Assembly (NCBI RefSeq): GCF_009914755.1
Contig: NC_060930.1
Strand: one strand, 5' to 3'
Source of the DNA: the human T2T-CHM13v2.0 reference genome, Homo sapiens
Length of the DNA: 64,000 nt
The notes under the pieces are model-generated. The model had not been told where the DNA came from, searched no databases, and worked only from the letters and a program-made list of their open reading frames with translations. A program made the position numbers and the translations under genes. How positions within the stretch are numbered: position 1 is the stretch's first letter; the number at the start of each line of letters is the position of its first letter. This document shows, one piece after another, positions 26,697-41,196 of the stretch.

Positions 26697-28989
26697 CTTA
26701 AACAATAAAAATTGACATTACTTGCAAGACCCAACTATTTTCTATGATTTCCTTTATTCTAGCAAGAGTTTTGTATGTGTTTTGTTTTGTTTGTTTTGTT
26801 TTCAAGATTGGACGCCTTTTCAAAGACCTTAACCTATGTGTTTGTGCATAATGTGTATAGCATAGGTTCTTTTCTGAAAGTGTGTCCAATCTTAAAACAC
26901 ACACACACACACATACACACATCCATGTGCATTTGTAATAACTGAAACTAAAAGAAGCTGATTACTAAGAATATAATGAACCTTATTGTTTACTCTTCAT
27001 CAAACATATAATCATCAAATATCCATTTAAATTATAAATAAAAATAAGTGATTTCATAAGATAAGTTTGATGCCAGAAACGAGGATTGAACTGGTTTGAT
27101 CCATGAAATGCTGATACATGCAAAATAGAACTCCATTTGTAATTTCTTTAAAGTAATACTCCATTCTTTTTTATTAGACCATTGATGAGTTTGCTCCTTT
27201 CTCTAGATCAGAACTATTTAGATTGTTTTTTTACAAATTCAGTATGAAGGAATTTGTTTTTTAATAGGTGTGAATAGCATCGATGTAATGATGTGTCATT
27301 GAGCCCCACATTTCTGTCACTAGAGTGGTAAAATGACACAGAGGATGAACCAAAAGTCACCTGTAGATGACAATGGGTGAAAGAAAACACATTTAATTTA
27401 CATAGAAACATACAGAATGTCAAAAGAGTTAAAATTCATGAATAAAATTTCATTAAAAATGCATTCTAAAATATTAGTTAAATATACACTACTTAAGAAT
27501 GATTTAAAACTAGCATTAAATGTATTAAAATGGATATATTTTGCAGGAAAAGGATGCCTGTGTTTTCAGTGTTTTATCTGAATTATTTAATGGTTTACAT
27601 AACTTTCTGTGAATGAAGGGAAAGCAGTTTTTTATCTGAGTATTCTCAGTGTTATCTGAGCATTCTCATTGCCTACATAACTTATTCTGAATGAAGGCAG
27701 GCAAAATAGAGAGAAAAGACTGAGTATCTATACCATATAATACTTTAAATAGAAAACATTAGCCCTTTGTTACATATCTATAGGCTGAATAAGAACTCAA
27801 ACACAGCTCTTCCAACTCAACACACAATGCTCTCTTTGAGGTCTGAAGGTTATAAGGCTATACTCATAACAGATTCTCAGTCTCACAATTAAACTAAAAT
27901 CTAGGCTTGAAGAGATTAACACTATTTAGCATGCCAGGCTGGGTTGTAACACAGTAGCCATATATTTATTTTATTTCATTTTGATTTTAGACCTGCAGTG
28001 TATTGCCAGACCCCAGGTGAGTTTGAAATATTGCAATGGTTATTTCAGAATACTTTGTGTGGCTTTACTGTCATTTATGTTAAAGGTAAACAGGATTCTC
28101 TGCTCGATCATTGACATCAAAGGCAAAAACGAATGATAAATTATTTTCCCTCTATTCTTGCATTTTGAGACAATTTTTGTTGAAGTTCAAATTTACAAGC
28201 GTTTCGGGAGGATGTTTTCTTCTGGGGAAACAACATTCACAGCAGTCCAGACTGAGGGTACACAGAGAGCAAAAACAGCTCTAGCTGCTGAGTGTCCTGC
28301 TTATACTCTCACATTTGCCCATCTACTAATCTCTATTACTGTTTTATCTTATTTTTACAGATCCTACATATCTAGGAGGTTCCTTTTAAAATGCAAATAA
28401 AATATCTAAATGGGAGTGTCACTGACTTCATTATCATTCATCAACACCATAACAGGGATTATTTTATCACATTAGTTTGCTTCAGAGAGTTGAGCTGCAA
28501 GAAAATGGGACTGAATTCACTTATGTTTTGAAAATGAAAGTGCTGGATAACAAGGTAGCAGTTTTCAACAAATTTAAATATAAAAACCTTTATTAATATA
28601 ATAAAATGTCTAATGTCTATTAAATTATATAGTGGCAAAAGTCTTAGAGAATTCAGGGACATGTTAATATTATCAATTATAAATTGTACTAGAGAAAGCT
28701 ACTCCAAATGGGTGGAAATCAAAGAAGCTGATCATTTTCCAAGGAATGACCTTGCATGCTTTTACCTAAAGGAACTGTTTAAATTTTTAGATCAGAAAAA
28801 TAAGTGAAAAAAAACAGAAGAATGGTCTAAAATATATATACTTATTTAATGTTACTGTCAGAAAATATAGGCTTGTAAGAGAGCTTGGATTTCAATTTTA
28901 GAAAGAAACTTCGGTTTCTTTGGAGACAATGTTTATATTAATTCAATAGTGTTTCTGTACATATATATCTGATATTGACTGCCATTGTC

Positions 28990-29390
28990 TCTTCTATAAC
29001 TTTCTTTGAGTCCTAGGTTTATATTTAATCTTATGATATCTTCATGTATATCTCCTATAAATATTTCAAACTTAAATTTTTAAAAGCATAAGACATCATT
29101 TCCCCTCTCCAGTTGCAAAACTCTTCCTTCTTTGTAAATGAATGAATAATACAGCAACCACTAGAGGATGCAGGCTAGAATCTTGGAAGTCTTACTTTAT
29201 TTCTTCTCTTATCTCATTATGTCCTTACTTTCATGTTTACTTTTGAAACTATCCAGTTCTCTCTTTTTCTGTAAAAAATCCAGAGTCTCCTATCATCCAG
29301 TCAAAATTTCTGCTGTAGTTGTGTAACCAGTCTCTTTAATCCAAGGTATATTTTCAGTGCTATATTAGCAGTCATACTGAAAAAATAAAC
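28990..29390 (+). mobile_element. L2 fragment
   Basis: atttcaaacttaaat, caggctagaatcttggaagtc L2-like motifs; highly diverged. Confidence 0.45.
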
Positions 29391-30399
29391 TAACCATTGT
29401 TATTTGGGATAATTTATTATGCAGTAATAAATAACTAATATGCTAAATTGAGAACTCCTGGAAAGAGAGAAAAACATATAAAAGATTCTTTTTTTTTACA
29501 CTAAATCCCTAGGCTCCATCTCACTTTGATGGTATTAGACACAATAGAAGCTCCATTTTTTTCTGATGTATGTAGAATTAAAATAAATAAAAGCAAAACA
29601 TCAATAATTAAAACAACTATAAAAATGTGTAGCTCAAACTAGAGGGAAGCTGGAATGGCTTGAGGAAGGAAAATGATAAATGAAATCAAAGAATTGATTC
29701 ATGTGAAATAAAAGAAAAATGCTTTTTGCAAACAATACTGCTGACTAAAGGGTATACATCTTATGAAATGAAATAATTTATTTTTTTGCTCACTGAACAC
29801 TATGATGGAGTTATAGATGCAGAAGTAATTTTGTAGTTGACTTTGAAAATTGTTTTGAAAAGTAGAAGAAACGAGTTAGATGTTTATTGAGGCAATTGGA
29901 GGAAAAATTGTGCTGAAGTTAAGGAGGATAGGGAGGAGGAGACAGGAAGAGAAAGAAAATATCCCAGAGAAGTGTAATGGTGGTGGCATTGGATGGCTTG
30001 TTGGTGTCACTTTTTTCATATTTTGAAATTTTTTAATGTATGTTCAAATCACAGAAAGGACTGATTCCACTTCTGTGTAGTTAGTGTAAATATAGAGAGC
30101 ACCTACTCAGTGAAAAGAAAATTAATAAGCTTGAATAATTTAGAAGAAGATGGAACTCTTAGCTAGAGGTCACTAAAAAAAGAGAACATCAGGAATGTAA
30201 AGACATACTAGGGAGAATATTGAACTTTCCCCTAAAATACAGTAAAATTTTGAGCTGATATTGTCTAGATCTTTAAGGCAGGAAGGGTGCAGATGAAATA
30301 TCAGTTATCTAATATCAACATGAGCTTAGTTTAATGAATCATGAGATTGTACTTATGTTAAATAACTACATTTTGAATCAGTGATAACTATCCAGGATA

Positions 30400-30845
30400 T
30401 AAGAAATCATTTATTTTCCATAACAGGACTGTAATGCAGAGGTTTGGTTACACAGATGATGGAGAAGCCAAATATCTCCCAGTAGGAAGTCACTACCAAT
30501 ACTAATTAGGAGGGATAAACGAAGAGGAGGTTCAACCTAAGCCAGAAGATAGTGTTAACAGGCAGAAGCTACAATCATGTGGACATGTCCTGAAAAAGTG
30601 GGAGCCACAAAGGATACACAGATTCTGGATACTACCTAATTCAGAGAGAAAGGGCGAGGGAGAGAGAAATACCCTGTGTTTTCTATTTCTTCACTTAATT
30701 TTTATCTGTGCCTACCTTTGTCCAAAACCACCCAGAAGCAGATGACAGGGTTGCCCAGAAAATACAAGATTATCAGTCCTGTTACACAGAGCACAGCAAG
30801 AAAAGAACAAATCATTGGTCAAACACACCCAGGATGGGCATAGTT
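30400..30845 (-). mobile_element. Old ERVL-class LTR (LTR41/LTR33-like)
   Basis: gtccaaaaccacccagaagcagatgacaggg...cagagcacagcaagaaaag motifs. Confidence 0.45.
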
Positions 30846-32769
30846 TATATGTAAGGGGGACCAAATTATCAAATAACTTGATAAAAAGAGTGAATCTAGA
30901 GATATAAAGTAACAATGAAGATAAAATTGCCACCAAACAAATTTGCCTAGCACAAGCTTTGATATACACTGATTTCAGAGCCCCATTAGGATACTGGTGC
31001 CACTGAGACAATTAAATTTCAGAACCCATTTAATTTTATACAGGAACCCACTTCAGCTCAGATATCATATCATTGCCGTATTCACAACATTTAAATTGAT
31101 TTGCGGGCAATCCAACTTTTAATTCTGACTCATGTAAGTCTTCTAGATTTACAGCAACACCATGTTGAACTGCACTGGTTTGTCATCTCTCCCATTCCAG
31201 GATCTGTTTATATTCAGCACTGTATCTCAAGGACAGGCAAATAGAGTCAGATTTTTGACATAGCCGAAGAGTGGTGACTTTAGAGAACCCTATTTCCTCT
31301 TATAAGAGCTTTTTAGGAAATAACCAGTTACTAGCAGGTTTAATGCATTGGCAAAGTCCAAGTGTCCTCTACATCTCACATCCTTTGTGTCATCTATAAG
31401 GACATAGGAAGGCAACTTCCAGAAGCAAAAATATGTCTGTATCTTCTGCCCTCACTTTTTAGGTCAACACAGCCACCACAACCCGAGCTGCCATTTTCAT
31501 TTCCTGCCATGGATATCTGACAGTCCTTCATACTGAAGAAAAGTAAGTTTCATTGATATAAAAAGTTATAGGATTATTAGAAGTATTTATACTTATTTTT
31601 GTTTTTAGCATGCCCACTAAATACTTCAGAGTTAGTCATAAATTGACAAGACAACCCCTCGGCTTTACTCATTTCATTATTTATTAGTTCTCAAAACAAT
31701 TTTCTCAAAGTGTGAAAGTTTCTTTTAAAAAAGGTAGCATGAAACTATTTCAGCCAGAAATAGCCTATGAATTCATAGTATATGTGTCACTTTCCTTTGC
31801 CTTTCTGTAATAGTTACTCACAGACCTGAGCTTCTGTAATTGGCTTATTTTATTACTTGGAATAAATAAGATTGTATACAAGAAATCCTGTAGGAGAGGA
31901 AAACACAACTCTTGGGCGTGGATATTATTCTTTGACAACCCAAAGATTTTTCCAAATGGTTAATAAATGGACCATTATCTTATTTACTCTTGAGGAAACT
32001 TCTTTTCCTGCATCTGAGGTAATGACTTCCCAGTTTTTGACCTGCCACTGTAAGGTTTAAATTTGGTTTTCCTCAAAACTGATAGATATCAGAAATTACA
32101 TCTAAAGTGTTAAAGATTCTGAGCTACATAGTACTGGGTGTCAAAAGGTTACAGAGACATCCCTATACCAGCTGAGAGTCCATTAAAAAGGTCACTCACT
32201 TCTGTTCTCACAAGTATTGTTCACTGAATTGAGTCAAGAAACGCTCAATAAAAGGGAAAAAGAACTAAAATTGTTCCTGAGAATTACCTGACAAAAGTGA
32301 GATCACCGAAAGAAATGATTTAGGACCATACCACGGAGAGACACAAAGTGGTACCAGAGACCAGCTCATTAAGTTTACCATATACAACTATGGTAATTTG
32401 TTTTTAAAAGATATTCTAAAACAGGTAAGTCAAAGTTTCACATATGGAAATATGTCCAAATTAAAATGTGCTTGTCTTCCTGAAGAGTCTGGGTCATTCA
32501 TTAAAAAAAAAAAAAAAAAAAAAAATGTTTGTCCAAGATTTTAGAGCAGGAATAAAATATCTTCATGAGAATTACTTTTCTATTCATAACAGGAATTTGT
32601 AGTAACTCAATGCATTTTTATAATTAAAATGTATTATTAATTTTGTGTAATACAAATGAAATTGGATTTAGAGATAAGTTTCTGGATGACATTGAAAACT
32701 CAGTATTAGAAAAATTCCAAATAATTTATAGAGAATTCTCAATAATTTATTTAAATACTCTGCCATCAA

Positions 32770-35700
32770 GTAGATACAGCATAACTGCTCACCACTTAAG
32801 TGTGAGATGCATATAGTGACTTCCTTCTAAAGAATATAGTATGAAAATGAGGGGAAAAATAACATCTGTACAATCAAGATACCTGGAAAATACTGCTTTA
32901 GTGAGTTAATCAAGGTTAACATCATTAATAAGTTGTTGTTTATAGTATATATAGTATATATACCAATTATAAATATATGTTGATAGTGTATCCCCTTGAA
33001 ATGGTACAATGAAAATGGCACTTTACCTCTTTATTTTCCTTGAAATAGATAAACCATATCTAGCCATGAGAAAAACCCAGACTTAAGGATTTTTCATAAA
33101 ATATCTCATCATGTTCCTCAACACTTTTAAAATAGGCCTACTTTGTTTTATTGTGCTTTGCTGATGCTGTGTGTTTTTTTATTTGTTTGTTTGTTTTTTA
33201 ACAAATTGAAGGGTTGTGTTAACTGTGTCCAGCAAGATGTGACTGAATTGCTGCAATCTTATGATCAAATTTGGAGAGATGAGAGTTGCTTTTTATGGAT
33301 GAGCAAATAACATGGTTTCTTGAGATGTAATCTATTCCTGGCGAAGATGCTGTGAACAATGTTGAAATAACAGGGATTTAGCATATTACATAAAGTTAGT
33401 TGAGAAAGCAGTGGCAGGGTTTGAGAGGATTGACTCTAATTTTGAAAGAAGTACATTGGTGTCATTTTTCCAACACCATGTGCTCACTTCGTGTCTCTGC
33501 GTCACATTTTCGTAATTCTCACCATATTTCAGACGTTTTCATTATTATATCTGTTAAGGTGATTAGTGACCTTTGGTGTTACCATTGTAATTGTTTTGGG
33601 GCACCACAAACCATGCCCATATAAGATCACAAACCTAATCAACAAATGTATGTATTCTGACTGCTCCACCCACTGGCAATTCCCTCTTTCCTCCCCGTCT
33701 CCTCAGTCTCTCTATTCTTTGAGAAACAACAATATTGAAATTATGCCAATTAGAAACTCTACAATAGCCTTTAAATCTTCAAGTGAAAGGAAGAGTAGCA
33801 CATCTCTCATTTAAAATCAAAAGCTAGAAATGATTATGCTTAGTGAGGAAGGCAGGCTGAAAGCTGAGATAGGTTGAAAGCCAGGCCTCTTGCACCAAAC
33901 AGTTAACCAAGTTATGAATGCAAAGCGGAAGTTCGTGAGGGAAAGTGCTATTTCAGTGAACATATGAATGATAAAAACAGGCTTATGGCTGTGTGATCTG
34001 GATAAAAGATAAAACCAGCTAAAACATTTGCCCAAGCCAAAGTTTAATCTGTAGCAAGGTTCTAACTCTCTTCAATTCCGTGAAGACAGAGAGATGAGGA
34101 AGTTACAGAAGAAAAGTTTGAAAGTAACTGGGAAGTCATTACCTCAGATGCTGGAAAAGAAGTTTGAAACTAGCAGATGTTTGTTCATGAGGTTTACAGA
34201 AAGGAGTCATTCCTATAATATAAAACTGCAAAGTAGAGCAGCAAGTGCTAATGTAGAAGCTGCAGCAAGTTATTCAGAAGATCTAGCTAAGATAATTGAT
34301 GAAGATGATTAAGATGAACAATGGATTTTCAATGGAAACAAAACAGTTTAATATGAGAAGAATATCCAAATAGGAATTTCATAGCTAGAGAACAGAAGTC
34401 AATGCCTGGTTTCACAGCTTCAAAGGACAGGCTGACTTTCTTGTTAGAGGCTAATGTAGCTGGTGATTTTAAAGTTGAAACTGAATCTCATTTACTATTT
34501 TGAACATTTTAGGCCCCTTAAGAATTATGTTCAATCTACTCTGCCTGTCCTCTAGAAATGGAGGAACAAAGCCTCAATGATAGCACATCTGTTTACAGCA
34601 TGATTTACTGACTATGTTAAGCCCACTCTTGAGACATACTGCTCAGGAAAAGATTTGTTTCAAAATATTACTATTTATAGATAATGCACCTGGTCACTCA
34701 AGGGTTCTAACAGAGGTATACAATGGAGAAGCATGTTGCTTTCATGCCTGCTAACAAAATATCCTTCTGTAGCCCATGGATTGAGGAGTGATTTTTACTT
34801 TCAAATTTTATTGTTTAAGAAATAAATTTCATAAGGCTACAGATGCCGTAGATCGTGATTTCTCTGAGGGATCTTCCGGAAAAGATTCACCATTCTAAAT
34901 TCCATTAAGAACATTAGTGTTTCATGGTAAGAAGTCAACATATCAACAATACTAGAAGTTTGGAAAAAGTTGATTCCAAATCTCATAGATGACATTGAGG
35001 ACCCAAGATTTGAATGGAGGGAGTAACTGCAGATGTGGTAGAAATAGCAAGAGAACTAGAAGTGGGAGAGGAGCTGAAAGATGTGACTGAATTGCTGTAA
35101 TCTCATGATCAAACTTGAAGAGATGAGAATTGCTTTTTATGGATGAGCAAATAACGTGGTTTCTTGAGATGTAATCTATTCCTGGTGAAGATGCTGTGAA
35201 CAGCGTTGAAATAACAGGGATTTAGCATATTACATAAAGTTAGTTGAGAAAGCAGTGGCAGGGTTTGAGAGGATTGACTCTAATTTTGAAAGAAGTTCTA
35301 CTGTGGGTAAAATGTTATCAAATAGCATTGCGTGCTACAGAAAAATCTTTCATGAAAGGAAGTTAATTGATGTATCAAACTTTATTGTTGTCTTATTTTA
35401 AGAAATTGTCAAAGATATCCCAACCTTCCTTCATCAGTCAGCAAAAGCCAATATTGAGGCAAGATCCTCCACCAGCACAAACATCATAACTTGCTGGAGA
35501 GTCAGATGATCACTGGAATTTTTTAGCAAGAAAGTATTTTTAATTTAAGATATGCACATTGTTTTTTAGGCATAATGTTATTGCACACTTAATAGATTAC
35601 AGTATAGTGTAAGCATAAGCTTTATATGTGCTGGTAACCAAATAGCTTGTGGGATTTACTTTATTGAGGTTGCCTGGAACTGAACTCACAATATCTATGA

Positions 35701-36010
35701 GGTATGCCTGTATTATCAAAAGCAAGGAAAGTCTGAGAAACTGTCACAGTCTATATGAGCTCAAGGAGATAAGACCACCAAATGTAAAATAATGTCCTAT
35801 ATAGGACCCTATAACAGAAAAATGAAATGACATAAAAACTATAAAAATCTGAAAACTGTATGGACTTTTGTTAATCATAATGTATCAATATCAGTTCATT
35901 AGTTGCAACAGATGTATCATGGGGAAACTAGGTGTGAAATTTAAGAGAAGACTAATATTCCTGCAACTCTTCCATAAACTTAAAACTATTATAAAATGAA
36001 AAGTTTATTT
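32770..36010 (+). mobile_element. L1MC/L1MD-type 3' UTR split by Tigger1
   Basis: cttaagtgtgagatgcatatagtgacttccttc before, and aaggaaagtctgagaaactgtcacag...aaaatgaaaagtttattt after, the transposon. Confidence 0.8.
33133..35710 (+). mobile_element. Full-length Tigger1 DNA transposon with decayed transposase
   Basis: Ends taggcctactttgttttattg / tgaggtatgcctg followed by TA; transposase remnants (SERKSSTSL; [22 protein letters not shown]). Confidence 0.95.
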
Positions 36011-37547
36011 CTTTAAAAACTTAGATTAGTAAAATATAGTTAAAATATTAATAAACTCCCTGAAAACTATGAATAATGATAACTATGACTAACATGATTG
36101 TATTTTGAGTGATCAATCTACTCAGATATTCAGTATATTTCAAATTTAATGTTTGCTTAATGGAAACATACTTAAAAGTAAAACATTGCCCAGAAGTAAA
36201 TGAGGAAAGTTAAATTTTAAATTATGATACACATGTAACATATATGGAATTGAACTGCAGCCTTTCCTAACTTTATATGGAGCATCTCCACCTCCCTACT
36301 TGCCAATTCCAACACTAACCCAACTCTAAGCACACTGGCAAATCATATTGTGTTTACAGATATTGTCTTGGGATGGGGATAAAGGAAAGAATACATTGTA
36401 TCTCATATAGCAAGCATTATAAAAATGATCTTTAAACCTTTTTTTTTCTTTTTTTTAATGAAAGGTCTAGAAGGTTTGTTTAGCTTTATTCTCACACTCT
36501 CCAGAATCTTTTTCTTTTTCTCTTTTTGAAGACCACATGGGTGCAGCTTTATTCCACTCTTAGTTTATCTAGATCCTATTGTTTTTGTAGTTAATTTAAA
36601 TCTCTCTTGATTTATTTAATTTATAGCCTTACATATCAATATCCTGGAAGAACTTGAAAATGTTCCTTTAGATTTTTATTTTTAAGAAGGAAAGATAAAA
36701 GTATTGCAGATAACTTTTTTAACTTCCTTTATTATTTGCTCTGCCACAAACAACCTATATAATATTCAGTATTTTTTTCCAGGATTAACAAAAGGAAACT
36801 TTGTTTTCAACAATTTTTATGGTGCAGGAGTACTATCTGGCAATACAAGTTTATTTGAAACAGAACTGCATGACACTCACATATTAAGCACTTTATGAAG
36901 GAAAACCGTAAGAAAATATCCTAGAAAGTAAAATGTTGGAATATAAAATAAGGAATCCTATGCTAAATCTCTGCCTTTGGTGATTTCAATGATTGAGACC
37001 AAACTCAGATTTCCATCAAGATTCGTAAAACTTATCCTGCCATTGTTGAATTCACTACTGGAGTATATATACTGTTCCTGGTCAATTTTTAGAAACACCT
37101 GAGCTGATAAAAGTTAAAAGAATCACGAGGAGAACTGGAAATACTGACTTATAGGAGATAATAAATATCCTTAGATTCATATACTATGAAAAAATGTTTT
37201 GCTGTCTTCTTAGCTGCTATGCTTTCATTTCTTTTTTTTGACACACAAACATTAGAATTTTCAAACAAATTTACTAATTTTATGAACTTACTATTTTATT
37301 TATTTATTATTCTATGTACAGTATTCCATTACTATACAATGAAGAGTATATTTTCTTTCATTTTTAGGTGGTTAATAAAATAATTCACACAAGGTTATGG
37401 CTAATCAAATTACTGTAGTCAAGAAGTCAGAATTGCAGATAACAGCTCTTGGAAGTCCACCCCTAAGTATGGAGGGTGTTCATGAGTTTAAGAGAAATTT
37501 TCGTGAACTGACTAGTCACATAAACTGGTTTCTACTATAGTTGGGGA

Positions 37548-37717
37548 CAGGACTGGCTGTATAAATGACAGGGTATAGTGCAAAATGAAGATAAGGGGCT
37601 GCTTATTAAAATTTATTCAGAATTTTAAAATGGTGTCAAAAGATCATGAAACCAACAGCAAGAACCTTTTGAGCATTGAGTCCTGTGCAAATGTAAAAAA
37701 TCATGAAGCTGGTCCTG
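37548..37717 (-). mobile_element. MER45A-like hAT-Tip100 element
   Basis: TIRs caggactggct / agctggtcctg; internal agtgcaaaatgaa. Confidence 0.75.
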
Positions 37718-40700
37718 CATAGGGGTAGTGAGAATTAGGGAATAAATACTATTTTCCTTTTGGTAACTTAGTGATCCCCTGTTTTAAGTATGAATCCATA
37801 ATCTTAAACTATTTTCTCTTCTTTGGTATACCATTGCATGTACTATCTCTCCTTTTAAGCTTTTCTGCTTTTCTCTTGTATTTATTTAATTTATAAACCT
37901 TCAAATAAATGAAATATGATGAGGGGACAGTTCCTCATGTAGCACTTAGTCATAGGTAAGGAGTGGAAAAGCGCTTCATGGCACTTTATTTTAATGTTTA
38001 ATTTATATAACTATACGCCTTTTTGAAACCTGTAAGGACAAACAATTGAACATCTAAAGACAGATATCCATATGTACTGTAATTTCCTGAATTCTACATT
38101 TTTGGGAAAAAAGATGTTCTTCTATGGTAAGGGAAATATATGTATACTCACACAAACACACTCACACGCAATTATATATTTTTAGTACCCTATTATGTTT
38201 GAATATAACATGAAATAACAGACATATGCAATGCTTACGGAAAATTGATATATTAACTTTCTGATACTGTGATCACCTTAATTTCTTGATAATTCATTTT
38301 ATTTGCATGTGAAGCTTTGTAAACTTATATTTTGAAATTGAAAGAGTCAATTAGAAAGCACCTCAGGACTCATAGTGTCCTTCTTTTATTGCTTTGTAAC
38401 ACACTGCTCTTATGTAATTGCTTTAATACTCTACTATGTAGCACTAGTGTGACAATGATTATTATGATAATGATGATAATAAAAGCGATATTTAATAATA
38501 TAAATTGTACCTTGAAATAAGCTGTAAGTACAGTCTACAGAGCTTAAATGCTAAATTCTCAAAATAACTCGGTCTATAAGTGGTAGTCTTTTATTTGTTT
38601 TTCTGCAGCTCCTAAACACTTTCCAAAATGTATTCAGAAAGTGATTATAATGGAAAGATGGTCTTCCTTACCAAAGGAATGTTTAGATCCTTTCTGAGAC
38701 CTAGGGACTATATCTCACCTCCAGAGAACCATAGGTTTATATAACCACCATATATGAGACGGTAAAATATTAATTACAACAATAAGCATCTTTTGAGAAC
38801 TTTTTCCAGGCTATATCAGAAGCAAAAAAGGTTTTGTTTGGTGTTTGTTCTTGCTTTGTTCTATGCCCCTTCCATGTAGTGACCATTATTATACATATCT
38901 TGAGGGAACTGAGGCTTAAAAAGATTATATAAATTTAAACAGAGTAAATTTGCACAAGGCTATGCTACAATGTTAAAATACTTTCACAGAACTTTATAAC
39001 TTACAAAGTATTTTCCTATTTAGCTCAATAATAAACACATAAGGTCACTTAGGCTCCAATAATAATACAATTTTGAATGAATGAGATATTCTTGCCTTAT
39101 ACTTCCATGGAAGAGAAAGGAATTGCATTATACACTATTTCCATGATTTAGTTACAGACATATTGCTATGTGAACAGAAAGGAGGATAAGGCAAATTCTA
39201 CCTGGAACTTTCGGATGATTTCATGAGTGGTCATTTGTACCACTTCTCCCAAGCAGTTTTAGAATTATATGAGCAAATGTATGAAGATGGTAAAAATCTG
39301 TGCCTGCACAAGGAACAATACACAGTCTGGTTTGGTTAGAGAATAGAATACAAAATGGCAGCTATTCTTGGAAAATGCATATTAGGCTGATCTATAAAAC
39401 TTTGAATTCCTACTTATATGTACAGGATCTTTCTGTGTCAGTTTTGAATGGAGGCATAATGAAAGGATGGAGAGGCAAGAAGGAGGTTACTTAAAAGGCT
39501 ACAGCTAAGGCAAAGTTAATAATCACCAGAGATTAGACAGTAGGGAAGAAACTGGATGCAAATTCACCACACTCATTTTACTTTTTTTCTGGTCACACCA
39601 TATTTCTAGACTTCCTTTAAGTAAAGGTTAAGGATAAATTAAGGTTAAGGATAAAAAAAAAGGCAAAAGTAAATAAATTATTTGCAACCTATCATACATA
39701 TCTAACAACAGAATAAAAAGATAAAAGGTACTGATTCTGAACATTCCCAAAATTTACCACTTAATTTCTGGAAGAGGTTTATCTTCTACTCAAATTTAGT
39801 GAAGAGAGAAGGTCACTGTGGCTTAATGAAATGGCTCATCTCCAAGCTAATGTCCAATCTCATATCAGCCAAAGTATGATCACCAGGTTACATTAAGGAT
39901 GAGCTTGATATATATTTTTTCACTCAAACACCCATCAGCTTTGCAATGCAATATTCTCTCTCAAAGGCAAGGGAGACATCGATGTTAAATAAAAAACAAA
40001 AGAATTTAGAACAATCTATTTTGCATTGTTACATACTTATACAATTGCAATTAATATTTGCTTTATTTTAATCTACCATAAAATTGTCTGTAAATGGAAT
40101 TTCTCCTCAATAAATGAGTGCTCCACATCTTTTGCCCCATCTTTCAGCTCAATAATCCATGCTCAGGGTGGATGTGGAAACCCCGTATTGAAGAAGGCAG
40201 CATGTCAAGAACCACAGTTTTGAAATGACTACATGTTCTGTTATAAACACTAAAATTTTAAGGTTTATCTTTAATATCTGCTAGCATTATCTGGAATGCT
40301 AAACAGTACTATAGAGAAAAAATAAAAGGGAAGGTGGAAGAAAAATAACAAGTTAGTCAAGGTTGTTATAAAATGTGACGATTTAGATAAACTTAACAAA
40401 ATTTTACCTCTGGTAAACTAGGATGTTGGCACTATAATACCCAAAATGGGATACATAAGAAAAAATGAATCTACTCTGAAATGTAATGATGATCAGGCTA
40501 AGCGTATGTTAGGGTTTAGAGGGAGCGCCCCTAAAATATAAGAAAAATATTTGAAAATAATACTTTGAAACTATTTTTGACAGCTCAAAGAAGCAGCAGC
40601 TTCTTTCTTGAAGCAGCAAAGTAATCATACGGGGGTAATCACAATGTTTCTTATGCTCTTATATGCACTCTACAGTTTGGCATTGTTTATCAATTTCATT

Positions 40701-41196
40701 CTTTCCAGCGATTAGAGCCTCTAAAAATTCATGCTAGTTTAGAAGTATGTCTGTGTTTAGGTATCTAGAGAACAGGAAGAGAGTTCGATATGTTGCTCAG
40801 CAGAGAAACCAATTCTAAGAGTATATGGCACAGGAGTCAAACCCTTAGAAAGATTGGTAGAGCCATGAATTGGTATAGGACCACAGGAGACACCATAGAA
40901 AAATAAGAGTAGAGTGTCATCAGGCTATAGTCCCATTTACAAAAAGGAAGGCTAATTAGCAAAACTAAATATAGTCAAGAGATAGGAGAAGAAACTTAAA
41001 GAAAGGAATTATCACTAGCAAATATAATGAGAATATACCAACTTGGACTTATCCTTACTGGAGGCATCAGGGAAACCAAATGGGTTCATTGGCCAAAGTG
41101 GGCAGAAAGATAGCTTTGAAATGCATCTGTCATGGTTTGGATCATGGTACAAAAGCAAGTTAAACTTATGTAGATACATCATTAGTAGATAAAATC

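Noticed and set aside
32421-32429. Isolated perfect splice donor CAGGTAAGT (also at about 1489)
   Set aside because: No convincing paired acceptor or coding frame; isolated donors are expected by chance.
33760-35350. Domesticated Tigger transposase (TIGD-like gene)
   Set aside because: The reading frame is broken repeatedly; the longest pieces are about 70-80 aa.
39623-39656. Short tandem duplications (aaggttaaggataaa twice; similar at 3525-3550 and 7876-7896)
   Set aside because: Ordinary slippage-size duplications, common in any mammalian sequence.
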